60,000 bases of DNA from Lytechinus pictus (Eukaryota): assembly GCF_037042905.1 (NCBI RefSeq), contig NC_087251.1:16494001-16554000 (forward strand), read 5' to 3'. Both the position numbers and the translations under genes were made by a program. Of the stretch, positions 1 to 12,541 are shown piece after piece. The notes below the pieces were generated by a model. That model had not been told where the DNA came from. It ran no database searches and worked only from the letters and a program-made list of their open reading frames with translations. Every line of letters starts with the position of its first letter. Positions within the stretch are counted from its first letter, which is position 1.

Positions 1-246
1 CACCATTTCGTCTAATAATGCAGTTTGTCCAAGAGCAATTAAGTCCATACTAATTTGTCTAATGAATGAAAATGGAATGGATATTATTCAGACCAACTGG
101 TTAAGAGACGAAATGGTGATTAGACGAAGTGATGATTGGACCAAATGGCTATTGGATCAATGGTTGTATGACGAAATGTTGATGGACGGAATGGCTGAAA
201 GAAGACCATTTGGTGAGTGGACGAGTTGGCGAATCGGCAATTTGCC
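1..246. mobile_element. Partial small foldback/MITE made of degenerate ~15-bp units (TAGACGAA/GACCAA motifs); same family as 21602-21922, opposite orientation
   Basis: TATTGGATCAATGGTTGTATGACGAAATGTTGATGGACGGAATGGC matches the reverse complement of ~21661-21707. Confidence 0.6.
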
Positions 247-317
247 ATAATAATCAAGATCGAGGGCATCAACAGAAAAACAAGACAAGAACAGTTCTAT
301 TTTTTATTTGGCTTAGC

Positions 318-457
318 TAGTAGTAGTGGTGCTAATCTGGCGGTGACGGCGGTGGTGTGTGGTGCATGGTGGCGGTGTGTGGTGCATGGAGGTGGTGGTG
401 GTGGTGGTAGCAGGCCTATAGTAGTAGTAGCTAGTAATAGTAGTAGTAGTAGTAGTA

Positions 458-556
<99 letters not shown>

Positions 557-576
557 GGAGTAGTAGTAGTATAGTA

Positions 577-608
<32 letters not shown>

Positions 609-676
609 TATAGCCCGGGAGTAGTAGTATAGTAGTATACTTAGTAGCAGTAGTAGTGGTAGTAGTGGTAGTATTA

Positions 677-765
<89 letters not shown>

Positions 766-766
766 T
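318..766. repeat. (TAG)n microsatellite with a (GGT)n segment
   Basis: Long, mostly pure gta/tag runs; explains the poly-V and poly-T ORFs. Confidence 0.97.
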
Positions 767-1560
767 ATCTCACCTTTTCTTCTTAATTGTTTTTTAATAT
801 ATGGACCCTATTATTGTTATATTTTTTTTAAAGGCAGCGATCCTGGGGGCAGGCCGGGGCACCGACAGTCCCGGGTACAGTGCCCCCACTTATTGAAGCA
901 CGTCAGAAACCCTTTACCACGAAAAAATGCCTCCTTAACAGTGCCCTATAGCTTTTTATCTTTATAGAAAGACCCGTTTTATGTGTTAACGTGTGCCCAT
1001 TTGCCTTGTAATAGGTGCCCATTCTCATATCAGAAAGTTACCCCCAAATTCTTAACACCGCTCTGTTTTTGTCCAGAGCCCCCGTCAGCTCCTTTTTATC
1101 ATAGTGACATTCCTCTCATGCAGATTGCCCCTTTTACCTTTGACCAAGTGCCCCATTTGAAAATGCCCTTATTTACTAAAGATAAATGCCCTTATTCTTT
1201 TCTAGCTTCTTCAAAATTTTCAGTCTATTATTGTAAGGTTAATTATTTAGCGCCCCTCCATTTCTGCATGGGCAGCGGAACCGGGGGCAGAGGTGTGCCC
1301 TTTGTGGGGTAACACTTATTTTAATCGTTAAGTTTTTATCTCTGAAGTTGTTTCTTTTTTATTTTGTTTTATATTTCATTGTTGTGAAATATTTCCCCTG
1401 TTTATTTCATTTTCTTTTCTCCCTTAATGGGCACATATATACAAAGGAAACTAGTAATATATCTTTATGGGTGAATTATATTTGACAAACATTTAACGCT
1501 TGGACATTTGGCCTCTGCACTTTATAGAGCTCTCAGGGAGGAAAACAAAATGGCCCCTCA

Positions 1561-3280
1561 CAGTGGCGTACCGTGGGTCACGGCATTGGGGCGGGGGCAC
1601 AAGCAAAAAATTTGAGTCACTTTGTGGGCGCGAAAAGTGCGCTCAATTGCCAGGTTTACTGACCTTATAGAGACATTTTAGGAATGTGTATGCCACTAAA
1701 TGGATATGTATCTCACTGATCAAATAATGCGAGCGCGAAGCGCGAGCTGAAAATTTTTGATATTCAGACCTTAAAAGGAACATTGTAAGAATTTGTTTGT
1801 AATCATGATACGTACAGTGTACCTGTCTCGCTAAACAAACAATGTGAGCACAAGCTGAAATTTTTGTAGGGTATATATTGACCCCATACAGGGACATTTT
1901 AAGGACTATGTTTTTAGGAATCCATGCGAGTGCCAAGCGCTTTCTGATTTTGTTAGAATTACATATAAACACATGAAGCACTTTTTGTAGTCATTGTAAT
2001 CATGACCATATGCATCTCGCTGAAAATTTAGGAAATTCAGACCTGAAGAGGGGCATTCTAAGGCTTGATTGTAGGAATTCACTGAGACCATACGTATTCC
2101 ATTAAAGGACAAGTCCACCCCAACAAAAAGTTGATTTGAAAAAGAGGAAAAAAATCCAACAAGCAAAACACTGAAAATTTCATCAAAATCGGATGTAAAA
2201 ATTAGAAAGTTATGACATTTTAAAGTTTCGCTTAATTTCACGAAACAGTTATATGCACATTCTGGTCGGTATGCAAATTGGCAGACTGATGACGTCACCC
2301 ACTCACTATTTCTTTTGTATTTTATTATATGAAATATGAAATATTCTAATTTTCTCCACCTTGTCAAGTGAAACAAAGTTTTATTTCTCCCTGAACACGT
2401 GGAATTACCATTATTTTAACAGTTTATGGTTAAGTTAAGTTGGTCCTTATTGTCAAATTTGTAAAAATTGAAATATTGTATTATTCAAACAATAAAAAAC
2501 AAAAGAAATAGTGAGTGATGGACATCATCGACTCTCTCATTTGTATATCGCTGAGTTGTTCATTTAACTGTTTTGTGAAAAATAAGCGAAACTTTAAAAT
2601 GTCATAACTTTCTTATTTTACATCCGATTTCGATGAAAAAAAATTGCAGCGTTATGTTTGTTTGATTTTTCTCTATCGATTCAAATCAACAATTTTCTGG
2701 GGTGGACTTGACCTTTAACCAAATGATGCGAGCGTGAAGCGCGAGCTGAAATTTTTTATATACAGATCAGAAAAAAGGACATTCTGAGGACTGATTTTAG
2801 GAATTCATGAAGAGCAGACATATCTCACCAATTCATTAATGCGAACGTAAACACGGACTGGAAATGTTTTATATTCAAACCTGGAAAGGGGGCAATCACT
2901 TTAATGAAAAAGAAGCATAATGTGTGTCACTACATAAAATAATAATAATTCGAAGTGCGAGGAAATATACTTGGTGTATATTGACTTGAAACGGGATGTT
3001 TTAGTATACAGGATTGTTTAGCTCGTTGAAAAGACAATGCGAGCACCAGGAACGTGCGATGAACACATAGGCTCTGAGCAAATTATGTTTCATAAAGTTA
3101 GGGGGGGAATTTTTTTTTATGTAATATAACGTAATTAGTATATAATATAACATGATATAATGTACAATAATTTTTTCTTTCCCACTGCGTTTCTCCTACT
3201 TTTTCTCCTTTTCCCCCGTTTTTTTTTTTTTTTTTTTTTGGGGGGGGGCAGCCGATGGGGGGGGGGGGCACGTGCCACTG
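1561..3280 (-). mobile_element. Non-autonomous hAT-like element with internal GCGAGCGCGAAGCGCGAGCTGAAA repeats; reverse-orientation relative of 34440-35610
   Basis: Starts CAGTGGCGTA, ends GCCACTG; flanks GCCCCTCA (1553-1560) and GCCCCTAA (3281-3288) form a 7/8 8-bp TSD. Confidence 0.8.
2106..2714. mobile_element. Kolobok-like MITE nested in the hAT-like element
   Basis: TTAA|AGGACAAGTCCACCCC ... GGGGTGGACTTGACCT|TTAA; extended internal palindromy. Confidence 0.85.
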
Positions 3281-4495
3281 GCCCCTAATCCATTCCATGA
3301 TAAAATGCATTTATATGTCCTACATGACTTGTATGTTCTCTTAAAGCGATAAAAAAGTGTCCTTTGTGCAAACGATTTCCAAGGATGACTTTCCTTTCAA
3401 CAAACAAAATAATTTTAAAGGAAATTTTTAATATACCTTTTTAACTTACTGCAAAAATTCAGAGTTGTAATAACGGCAGAATAGAGCATAAAGTAAGTTT
3501 TACGATACTAAAAATTTCCAAATTTTAGCTTAGTGTCACAGGCGTGGGAGGGGGTGCAAAAGGGGCACTTGTTCCATCCCCCATAACATCATAGCATGAA
3601 TGGGGGGGGGGGGGGCAAAACAAATTTTCGCTTCCCCCCTCCCATGTGCATCCCAAGGCCCTAATTCTTTGTAAAAATAATCAATATTTAAAGACGAAAT
3701 AAACCTATTATGTAGCCACTAATCTTATAAAAAATTGTCAATTTTAGAACTTAAAAACAAATATTAATTTTGTGTACATTTCAAGACTGAAAAAGGAGAA
3801 AATCTCGTTTATAAGTAAAAAGTGTATAAATGTTAGCTTCGCATCTTTCGACGAGTATGCCCCGTGCCCCGTGAAACCTTTTTATTTTCTTTTTCATTTA
3901 ATTATTTTCCATTGCTCGCGTACATATAATTATAACTGTATAATGAATAACTTTCATGAGCTATGGTTATATTCCTTCGCAGTGAATTCTAACTATGTTT
4001 TTATCCCCACCCCCAAAAAAGAAAAAAACTAAATGCTTTGTAAACTCCACTTTCAAAAACCATATCACAAAGTCGCTGTCGTGGGAAGGGGTCCTATGTA
4101 GGCGGATCCATGGAAGTGGCGAACGACCGCCCCCAAATGGCGGTGCAAAAATGGAGAGAAAAAGAAGAAGAAAGTTGAGAGGAGGAAGAAAATTGAATGA
4201 AAATAAGGGGAGGGGATAATTGAAAAAGGGGATAACTTTCAGGTCATATAAAAATAATAAAAAATCACTTGTGCTTCGAGCTCGCATCGTTGCTTGTTAT
4301 TAAAGAGAGCAAATAATGTTCAAGAGGATAACATGTGGTTTATAATACCCCATTCTCAAGTCAATATGCACAATTTTATTTGTTCCCGATTCGAATATTC
4401 AAGTTCTTTTCATTAATACAAAAAGTGCTGAATAAAAAAAATAAAAAAAATCAGATCGCGCTATACGTGCTCGCATTATTGGTGAGATATGAATC

Positions 4496-5933
4496 CAGGG
4501 GTGGATCCAGCTTTCGCCGATAGAGGGGGAGGGCCTGAAACATATTTTCAACCATATTTTTTCCGATCGGTCATTAAAAGTTGACTTTTGATGAGGGAAT
4601 AACATGTAGGCTATTAAAGACTAACGAGTTGATAATTACCTAGCTTCATAGCTAAATTTTCGGGGCATTTTATGTATTTAAACCTGAATTATTTGACATT
4701 CTGACCAGTTGTTGTATTCATCAGGTAAGTATGAACAGGATGGGTATGTAATTAATGCGAGCACGAGCTGAAATATTTTGTTATATCCAAAACTGGACAC
4801 TCCATAAGCACATATTTGAACCATGAACAGGATGGTTATGCGAGCTCGAAGAGCGAGCTTTAATTTTGTTATATTCCGACCCAAAACTGGACAAGCACTT
4901 TTTGTAACCATGAACAGGATGGGTATCTAAACATTTGATGCAAGCGCGAAGCGCGGGCTGAAAATATTTGATATTCTAAAGTTGGTAATTCTGAGCACTG
5001 TTTGTAATCAAGATGCGTATCCAACCTTATTCGATATTGCAAATATAAAGCGGGAGCTGAAAATGTTTGATAAACTGACCTAACAAGGGGATTTACCAAG
5101 GACTGTTTGTGTTGGAATGTATAAAGAGGATATGCCTATCATAAATTATGCAGCACGTTTTTTGTAACCATGAACAGGATGTATATCTCGCCGAAACACA
5201 ATATAATGAAATTCGAATTCCAAGCGGAAAAATGTATGCATATACTGAAAAGGCTTCAAAACGGGATAGGTCTTGTTTTAAGCCCCATGTTTTTTAAAAG
5301 ATTATCCCCCTCAATCGGCCGCTCTCGTGCTCTCATTATTTTCGTGAGGCCTTATGATTATATAGTGTTTTCAGAATAATGCTAATACTAGTACTTCAAA
5401 CCAATTGGGGAAAATGTTGAAAATATCTTGAAAGAGTACTCCGGGCTGAAAATATTAATATCTAGATAAGTAGAGTAAATTCACAAACAAAAATGCTGAA
5501 AATTTCTTCAAAATCGTATAACAAATAACGAAGTTATCGAATTCTAAAATTAAACAATATTTTGTGAAAATAGTTATGCACGTCATCATGAATATTCATT
5601 AGGTGGCTGATGATATCACATCCCCACTTTCCTTTTTCTTATTACATAAAATCATACTAATTCATTTTATCATTCATATAATAAAATACAAAACAAGTGG
5701 GGATATGACATCATCAAGTTGCTCATGATATAAATATTCATTCAGACATGCCTAGAGCTGTTTCACCGGCCGGAATAAAGCAAATCTTTAAAATGCATAA
5801 CTTTGTTATTCCTAGTTCGATTTTGATCAAATTTGAAGTGTTTTGTTTATCTGATTTTTTTTTATCTGTCTAAATCATTATTCTCAACCCGGAGCAACCC
5901 TCTAACGTTCCCCTATAAGCTGGATCCACCTGG
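4496..5933. mobile_element. Degenerate hAT-like non-autonomous element containing an old Kolobok-like MITE (~5430-5905)
   Basis: CAGGGGTGGATCCAGCTT ... AAGCTGGATCCACCTGG inverted ends; internal GCGAGC..GCTGAAA repeats; no clear TSD. Confidence 0.5.
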
Positions 5934-6909
5934 GGTACGCCCCTCCCACATCTGCTCGATGGTCTGCTCCCTCGATCGCTGGGGATCTCCGGCCACTGTC
6001 ACATCATTATGCCCTTCAATATTTGCCCCCCCCCCCCCCCGCAAAACTCCGGCGCGCCAAGCTTGCCATACTTACTGTATAATTATTATTAAATAATCAG
6101 AAATCCGTATTTCAACAAGATTTTACTCAACTTACATCACCAGTACCTCCGAAACACACAGCTATTTCAGGCAGAAAAGTAACATCCGATTGTGAAAACA
6201 TTTGTTTGTACCCAATTCCCTATTTGTAGTCCTACTGTACTGTCCTACTGGCTTTGCCCCACTCCCTTACGAATAGTGCCTGTGTTCCCCGGGCCGGCCC
6301 CACATGGTATAAGTTTCATGAAATGTAAACACTTGTGTGCTTAATTGTCATTTACAATGGTTGGATAGATATGCCCTTTTTGTTGTTTCCCTTAAAAAAA
6401 AAAAAAAAAGCAGTGCCCTTTTCGAAAGAGGAGGAGCTCTTTTCCCCTGCCTCTGCCATGCACTTTCAACTTCGCTTCACCTCCTTGGAAAATGAATAAA
6501 TCTCAATCTCAAATCTGATAAACTGTCAGATTCTTAATTAAATTCCTGTAGTTTTGTGTTCGATGAGGCCCAGTCACTCTCAGCCAAATTTACTATTTAC
6601 TACTCCGGACCCCCGGACCACCCTTATTTTTTCATGTTGTAAAATTAATACAGTGATAAAGCCCCGATAAAGCTGATAAACTCTTGATTTTGATTCGGAC
6701 TATATATACCAGAGTGGATACTGTAAGCCTGTAAGACAGAAGTATTTTACCAAATTTCTTTGTCTGTGATTAGAAAAAAAACTTGAATTCCCTTTCAATT
6801 CGACTTTTTTTTATCAACTCTATGTATTCCCTTTCAATTAAAATTTTAATTAATTCATGTTTCGGATTTCTTGCAGTTTATCGTGATATTGCATTGCCAT
6901 TCAACGAGA

Positions 6910-6994
6910 ACTCTAGAGGGCGACATAAAGGTAACAAATTGCAGACGACGTAAACAAAACTTATACATACCGGTATTAACAGTTAGACGTTTCG
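6910..6994 (+). promoter_or_regulatory. Probable promoter and non-coding first exon of NUDT22
   Basis: CpG-enriched stretch ending in donor CG|GTAAGG at 6995; the coding exon has an acceptor TTTTTTATAG 2 nt before the ATG. Confidence 0.45.
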
Positions 6995-8358
6995 GTAAGG
7001 AAGAAAATCTTACATTCATATTCACGAAAATCAGCATTCTGAGTATTTCAGTATTTTTTATTACGTAACGTGTGATGTTTTGAACACAATTGTATTGTCA
7101 ACTTTCTACGTTGTACCTGAGAACTGTGGTCCTTGTTGAGTTGGATGAGTGGACTTAGCCTAATGTCTTAGCTTCGGTGGGCCGTGGGCGTGGTGGGTGT
7201 GTTTGACAACGCCACGGGACGGGACGTACAGCGGCACGGGTCACTGCCTGTCGCTTTCCCGTCCCTTGGCGGTGGTGCCGCGCCATGGCCATGGGCCCTG
7301 CTACTGCCTGAGCTGCGGGACCCGAATCAGGCAAAAAAATATTTGTGTTTTAATTTTCAGGGGCTGCTTTCCACAACCTGCTGCCTAAATCTGCTCATTA
7401 GATAAGCTTAAACATTAAGGTAAATGGGGACTTTGCAGGGCCGGGCCAGGGGCATTTTTTTTTTTTTTTTTTTTACATTTTTTTAATTTTAGTTTTATCT
7501 ATAAAAATATAGGGCTCAATTTTCAATCATATCTCAATTTTGGGAGTAAAAAGTTAGATCTAACCGTTATATCATAACCTTGTTCATTGAATGAGTGGAT
7601 CTAACGTTCCGTTATATCATAACCTTGTTCATTGAATGAGTGGATCTAACGTTAGATCAGTGAGTGAGTGGGGCAAGGTCATTTTCAAATGACCTGACTT
7701 AATGGAAAGGGATCGAAGGTGGTGCTCACTTTTGGGGGCATCCAACAATGCCATTAAAAAGGGCATCATTGTATTTAAAATTTCATACACAACAACAGGA
7801 CACATGAGGTAGCCATTTATTTATATTATAACCTCATACGTAGGATGAGTGGAGGTAGCTAGAATGCTACAACTACAAGGCCAAAACAGACAAAAAGAGC
7901 ACTTATTTTGGCCTTTTAAATTTGAGCCCTAGCTATACAGTGAAGGCCATCTATTCCGAGGAGTTTTCAATAATTATTTGTTTTTGTTTATGAACAAACA
8001 GCTATCAATTTCAATTTGATGCAGAAATCATTTAATTTATTTGGCATTTGAATATCTGTAAACCTGCACATATTTATCTAACTTTCACAAATATGCACCA
8101 CAGACGCAGAAAGTGAGGAAAATATTGAATTTAAAACAATTGTCTGAAAAATAATCACACTAATTTAAAATTTTCAGTATTGCTTTGCTTCTCCCTTTTT
8201 CTTTCCAATTTGACACAAAAAAGAAATTCTCCATTTTGCCCTTTTCTTGTCATTTATTATTTCATTTTAATTTTCTCCAACTTACATGTATTTTCATTTA
8301 CCTTCTTTGTTTATGTATTTTAAAACCTTTGTAAATTATGTACAATTTTTTTATAGAG

Positions 8359-8832
8359 ATGGATTCTGAAATTACCCTGATATTTACTGCAAGGTCTCCT
8401 ATGGGCATCCCAAAACAGTCAATTCATGTTGTGCTAAGCAAAGACTACAATCGATCCATCCTGCCAGAACATGAGAAACATTTAGAAGAAATCTGGCAGC
8501 AGCGACTTTCAAAGAACCCTCACCTTTACAATGGCTCCAAGTTTCGATTCCATGACATCTTGGAGGACCCAGCAGAAGGCGGTGTGTCTTTTCACCTTGG
8601 TCTAACAGACTACAGGGAATTCCAGGTCACCAACTGGGCACCCAATGCGGAAGAACTTCTGCAGCTGGGGAGCAAAGACATGGGGCGGACTCAAGCATAC
8701 ATGTCGGATCCCCTTGGTGTAGGATCTTTCGTGTTGACGGCTGATGGGTTTGTTATCTTCATCAGGAGGAGTAGTAGGGTAGGAGAAGCAGTGGGATTAT
8801 GGGATATACCAGGAGGTCATCCAGAACCAAAG
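8359..8832 (+). CDS. NUDT22: NUDT22-like UDP-glucose pyrophosphatase, coding exon 1
   Basis: MDSEITL...LYNGSKFR...LGLTDYREF..TNW...DPLGVG...RRS..VGEA.GLWDIPGGHPEPK; ends at a probable GC donor. Confidence 0.9.
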
Positions 8833-9274
8833 GCAAAGATTAAAAACCAGTTATTATTATTACTTCTACAATTGTCTTATTTTTTCAGCTATTTGTTTTA
8901 GGTAATACCTTGGAAAATGTTTTCCTTTTTGTAATTTACAATAATAACTTTGATGGAATATTGATTATGACAGCATTTCACACTTTGCACTGACTTTTGA
9001 TTATGCTAGTATTTCTTCTGATTTTTTGAAACTGATAATTCCTTTTATTGTAGAGCATCAGAATTGTCAATTATTATAGGCAGCTGTGTTTTGCTTTTGT
9101 TTGACCCTGCTATGGTAAAAAAAAATGAATGGTACATGATTTTCTTGATTTTTGAAAAAAGATTGGTATATTTGGATGAATACAAATCAAATAATTAAAA
9201 GAAAGTGCAGAAACTTAATACTTCCTTCATTGTACCTGATGTGTTTCTTTTGATACTAATAATTGAAACTACAG

Positions 9275-9483
9275 GAAGTAAAAGGAGGATCAGCCAATCT
9301 CAACGACATGACCATAAGTGACTTAGACCCTGCTGCAGTGGTGGATGAGATCTTCCAGTCAACCCTTAATGAGATACGAGATGAAATCAACATCCCTCTT
9401 GAGCACCTGAGTGAACCTGTTCTTATGGGCGTGGCTCTCAATCACACCAGCTCTGGAAGACCTAGCTCAGAGTACTTTGTCAA
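9275..9483 (+). CDS. NUDT22: NUDT22-like coding exon 2
   Basis: CAG acceptor; EIFQSTLNEIRDEINIP...LMGVALNHTSSGRPSSEYFV; GTGAGT donor, phase 2. Confidence 0.92.
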
Positions 9484-10349
9484 GTGAGTTAGTCATGACA
9501 CCATCTACCAATCATCTCGAGTCTGCTGAACTAATATTGGAGGGGGGGGGGGTGCTTCATGAAAGACATCAGTTCTGACAAAATTGTCCGCCCTGAAAAT
9601 TTCAGTGAATTCCTTGGTTTTGATTTGCTGAGAAGCTCTGCTCTCTGTTATTATGGTAACTGTCAGCTAATGACAACTTGTAATTGCATACAAGCTTCAT
9701 TTAAATGAGCTGTGGAGACAGTGGTATACCACTTCCTGTAGCTTTATCAAAATTTTCACAAACATACTAAAGATTAACTGAAATGGAAGGAAACTGCCTT
9801 AGGATTATCAATAAGATATAAGGATTTCTGTCTCAAAGCTGTTATAATCGGTTGTTTTTGTACTTTGTAAATAAAATAAACCTACATTTGAAAATAGTTA
9901 AGAAGATCCCATTAATTGCTAGAAAGGGTTCAACTTAGGAAGGGTTTGAACCTTTTTACTTTCAACTCTAGATATTCTTTACAGCTAAATGTTGGTTCCA
10001 ATAATTTTTGAGGATCAGACAGACTTTGTATTTCTAGAGGAGGTAAAACATTACTGACTGTGCTTCACAATTCTAGAAAATAACCCAAACCTTTTATTTC
10101 TTTTGAAATTTTTTCAAGCAGTTTAGGGTGCGTTTCCATTAAGTATGGACAAATACAGAACTTGAGTTTGATTGAATTGAATTTTACAACATCACTGATT
10201 GTTCTTCTTTAAAATCATGTCCTCTATTGATTCTGTAGAAAAGAACTTGTATGGCAAAGAGAAAAATAGTTTAGCAGTGCTTCTTTGAAGTTGTAGAAAT
10301 TGTAATTATTCATTATTTTAGAAGATTGTACTGTGCTGTTTTTGTTTGT

Positions 10350-11841
10350 TTTTGTCTCACCTGCATAGCAGAGTGAGAATATAGGCGCGCTTTTCCGACG
10401 GCGGCGGCGTCAACACCAAATCTTAACCGAAGGTTAAGTTTTTGAAATAGCATCATAACTTAGAAGGTATATGGACCTAGTTCATGAAACTTTGACATAA
10501 GCTTTATCAAGTATTACTGAACTTCTTGCCTGAGTTTCAGGTCACATGATCAAGGCCAAAGGTCATTTGGGGTCTATGAACTTAGACCATGTTGGGGGAA
10601 TCAACATCAAAATCTTAACCTAAGGTTAAGTTTTTGAAATGTCATCATAACTTAGAAAATATATGGACCTAGTTCATGAAACTTGAACATAAGATTAATC
10701 AAGTATTACTAAACATCCTGCCGGAGTTTCAAGTCACATGACCAAGGTCAAAGGTCATTTAGCGTCAATGAACTTTGGCCAAGTTGGGGGTATCTATTGA
10801 ATTACCATCATAACTTTGAAAGTTTATGGATCTGATTCATGAAACTTAAACATAAGAGTAATCAAGTATCACTGAACATCCTGTGCGGATATCAGGTCAC
10901 ATGACCAAGGTCAAAGGTCATTTAAGGTCAATGAACTTTGGCCAAGTTGGGGGTGTTTGTTGAATTAATACCATCATAACTCTGAAAGTTTATTGGTCTA
11001 GTTCATAAAACGTGGACATAAGAGTAATCAAGTATCACTAAACATCCTGTGCGAATATCGGGTCACATGACCAAGGTCAAAGGTCAATGAACTTTGGCCA
11101 TGTTGGGGGTATCTGTTGAATTACCATCATATTTTTGAAAGTTTATGGATCTGATTCATGAAATTTGGACATAAGAGTAATCAAGTATTACTGAACATCC
11201 TGTGCGAGTTTCAGGTCACATGATCAAGGTTAAAGGTCATTTAAGATCAATGAACTTTGGCCATGGTGGGGGTATTTGTTGAATTAACAACATAACTCTG
11301 TAAGTGTATTGGTCTAGTTAATAGAACTTGGACATAAGAGTAATCAAGCATCTCTGAACATCCTGTGCGAGTTTCCTGTCACATGACCAAAGCCAAAGGT
11401 CAATGGACTTTGGCCATGGGGGTATTTGTTGAATAACCATCATAACTCTGTATGGATCTAGTTCATAAAACTTGGACATAAGAGTAATCAAGTATCACTT
11501 AACATCTCATGTGAGTTTCAGGTCACAGACCAAAGTCAAAGGTCATTTAATGTCATTGAACTTTGGCCATTTCGGAGGTAATTATTAGATTGCTGTCATA
11601 ACTTTCAAAGTTTAGAGATATAGTTTATAAAATGTGGATATAGGGGTAATCAAGTATCACTGACAAGTCTTTGGTCGCATGGTCAAGGTCAAATGTCATT
11701 TATTGTCAATGAACGTAGTATTTTATCATTATATGAATGGTGTTTTTTTGAATGATTATTTTATAGTAGTTTTCAAAGTCAGCACTGCTGCTATATTGAA
11801 TCGCGCGATGCAGGTGAGACAGCCTGAGGCACTCCACTTGT
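10350..11841 (+). mobile_element. Helentron-associated non-autonomous element (HINE/DINE-1/Tsp-like) with ~8 internal 150-190-bp tandem units
   Basis: Subterminal IR GTCTCACCTGC ... GCAGGTGAGAC, (GGC)n after the 5' end, short 3' hairpin, T-rich flanks; second copy at 51458-52611. Confidence 0.8.
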
Positions 11842-12068
11842 TTTTTGTTTTTGTCGCAGTCAGGTGAAAAGTATAGTGTTAATATTGCTTGTTTGATACA
11901 GGGTCTTCAAATTTCATTAATTTCAACCAAGAATGAAAGGAAGTAAGCAGATCTTTGAAAGTTCTACTTTAAAAATGGTTTATTCTGTTTTTTACTTAAC
12001 ATATATATAAACCTGTTTTCTGTGATAAATAATCTTACTTAACATTGATTTCAATCCATATTTTGTAG

Positions 12069-12162
12069 ATGTGACCTCCCTTCGAAAGAGGTCAAGAGAT
12101 TGTATCAACTGGGCGGGGCTGAAGCAGATGAGTCTTCAGGGTTAAAGCTGGTATCAATCAAG
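12069..12162 (+). CDS. NUDT22: NUDT22-like coding exon 3
   Basis: TAG acceptor; CDLPSKEVKRLYQLGGAEADESSGLKLVSIK; GTAATA donor. Confidence 0.9.
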
Positions 12163-12442
12163 GTAATAGCCTCAACTTTTTAAATTAAAGAATTCACAAA
12201 TTCTCAACACACCTCACATTTTTATTCAGAGTAATGTTGATATTCATAACTATAGGAGACACAGGCGATATATCAAATGAAAGTGCCATTCGTTTTTTTT
12301 TTTTTTTTGCCTCTTGGACATATTTCTAGTTCACCTTCAGCCATTGCACTGAGAATTGCGATTCATTTGAAACATTGCAGCAAAATAAACATTCAGATCA
12401 TTCCAAGGCCTTGTGTTTTCTATTTGTTTGCTGTGTGTACAG

Positions 12443-12541
12443 GATATTCCATCCTTACCATCGTCTCCCATGTGGTCAGAGATGTGTCCATCAGGAAAAG
12501 GGTGTATTCTCCTCTACAACTCACTCATGTTGGATAGGTGA
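12443..12541 (+). CDS. NUDT22: NUDT22-like terminal coding exon
   Basis: CAG acceptor; DIPSLPSSPMWSEMCPSGKGCILLYNSLMLDR*, matching the MW.E.CPS.KG...LYN C-terminal motif. Confidence 0.9.
   Translation, partial: DIPSLPSSPMWSEMCPSGKGCILLYNSLMLDR

Noticed and set aside
217..773. Poly-Val and poly-Thr ORFs
   Set aside because: Translations of the (TAG)n microsatellite
7562..7655. 46-bp tandem duplication in the NUDT22 5' intron
   Set aside because: Ordinary two-copy slippage duplication with no further structure
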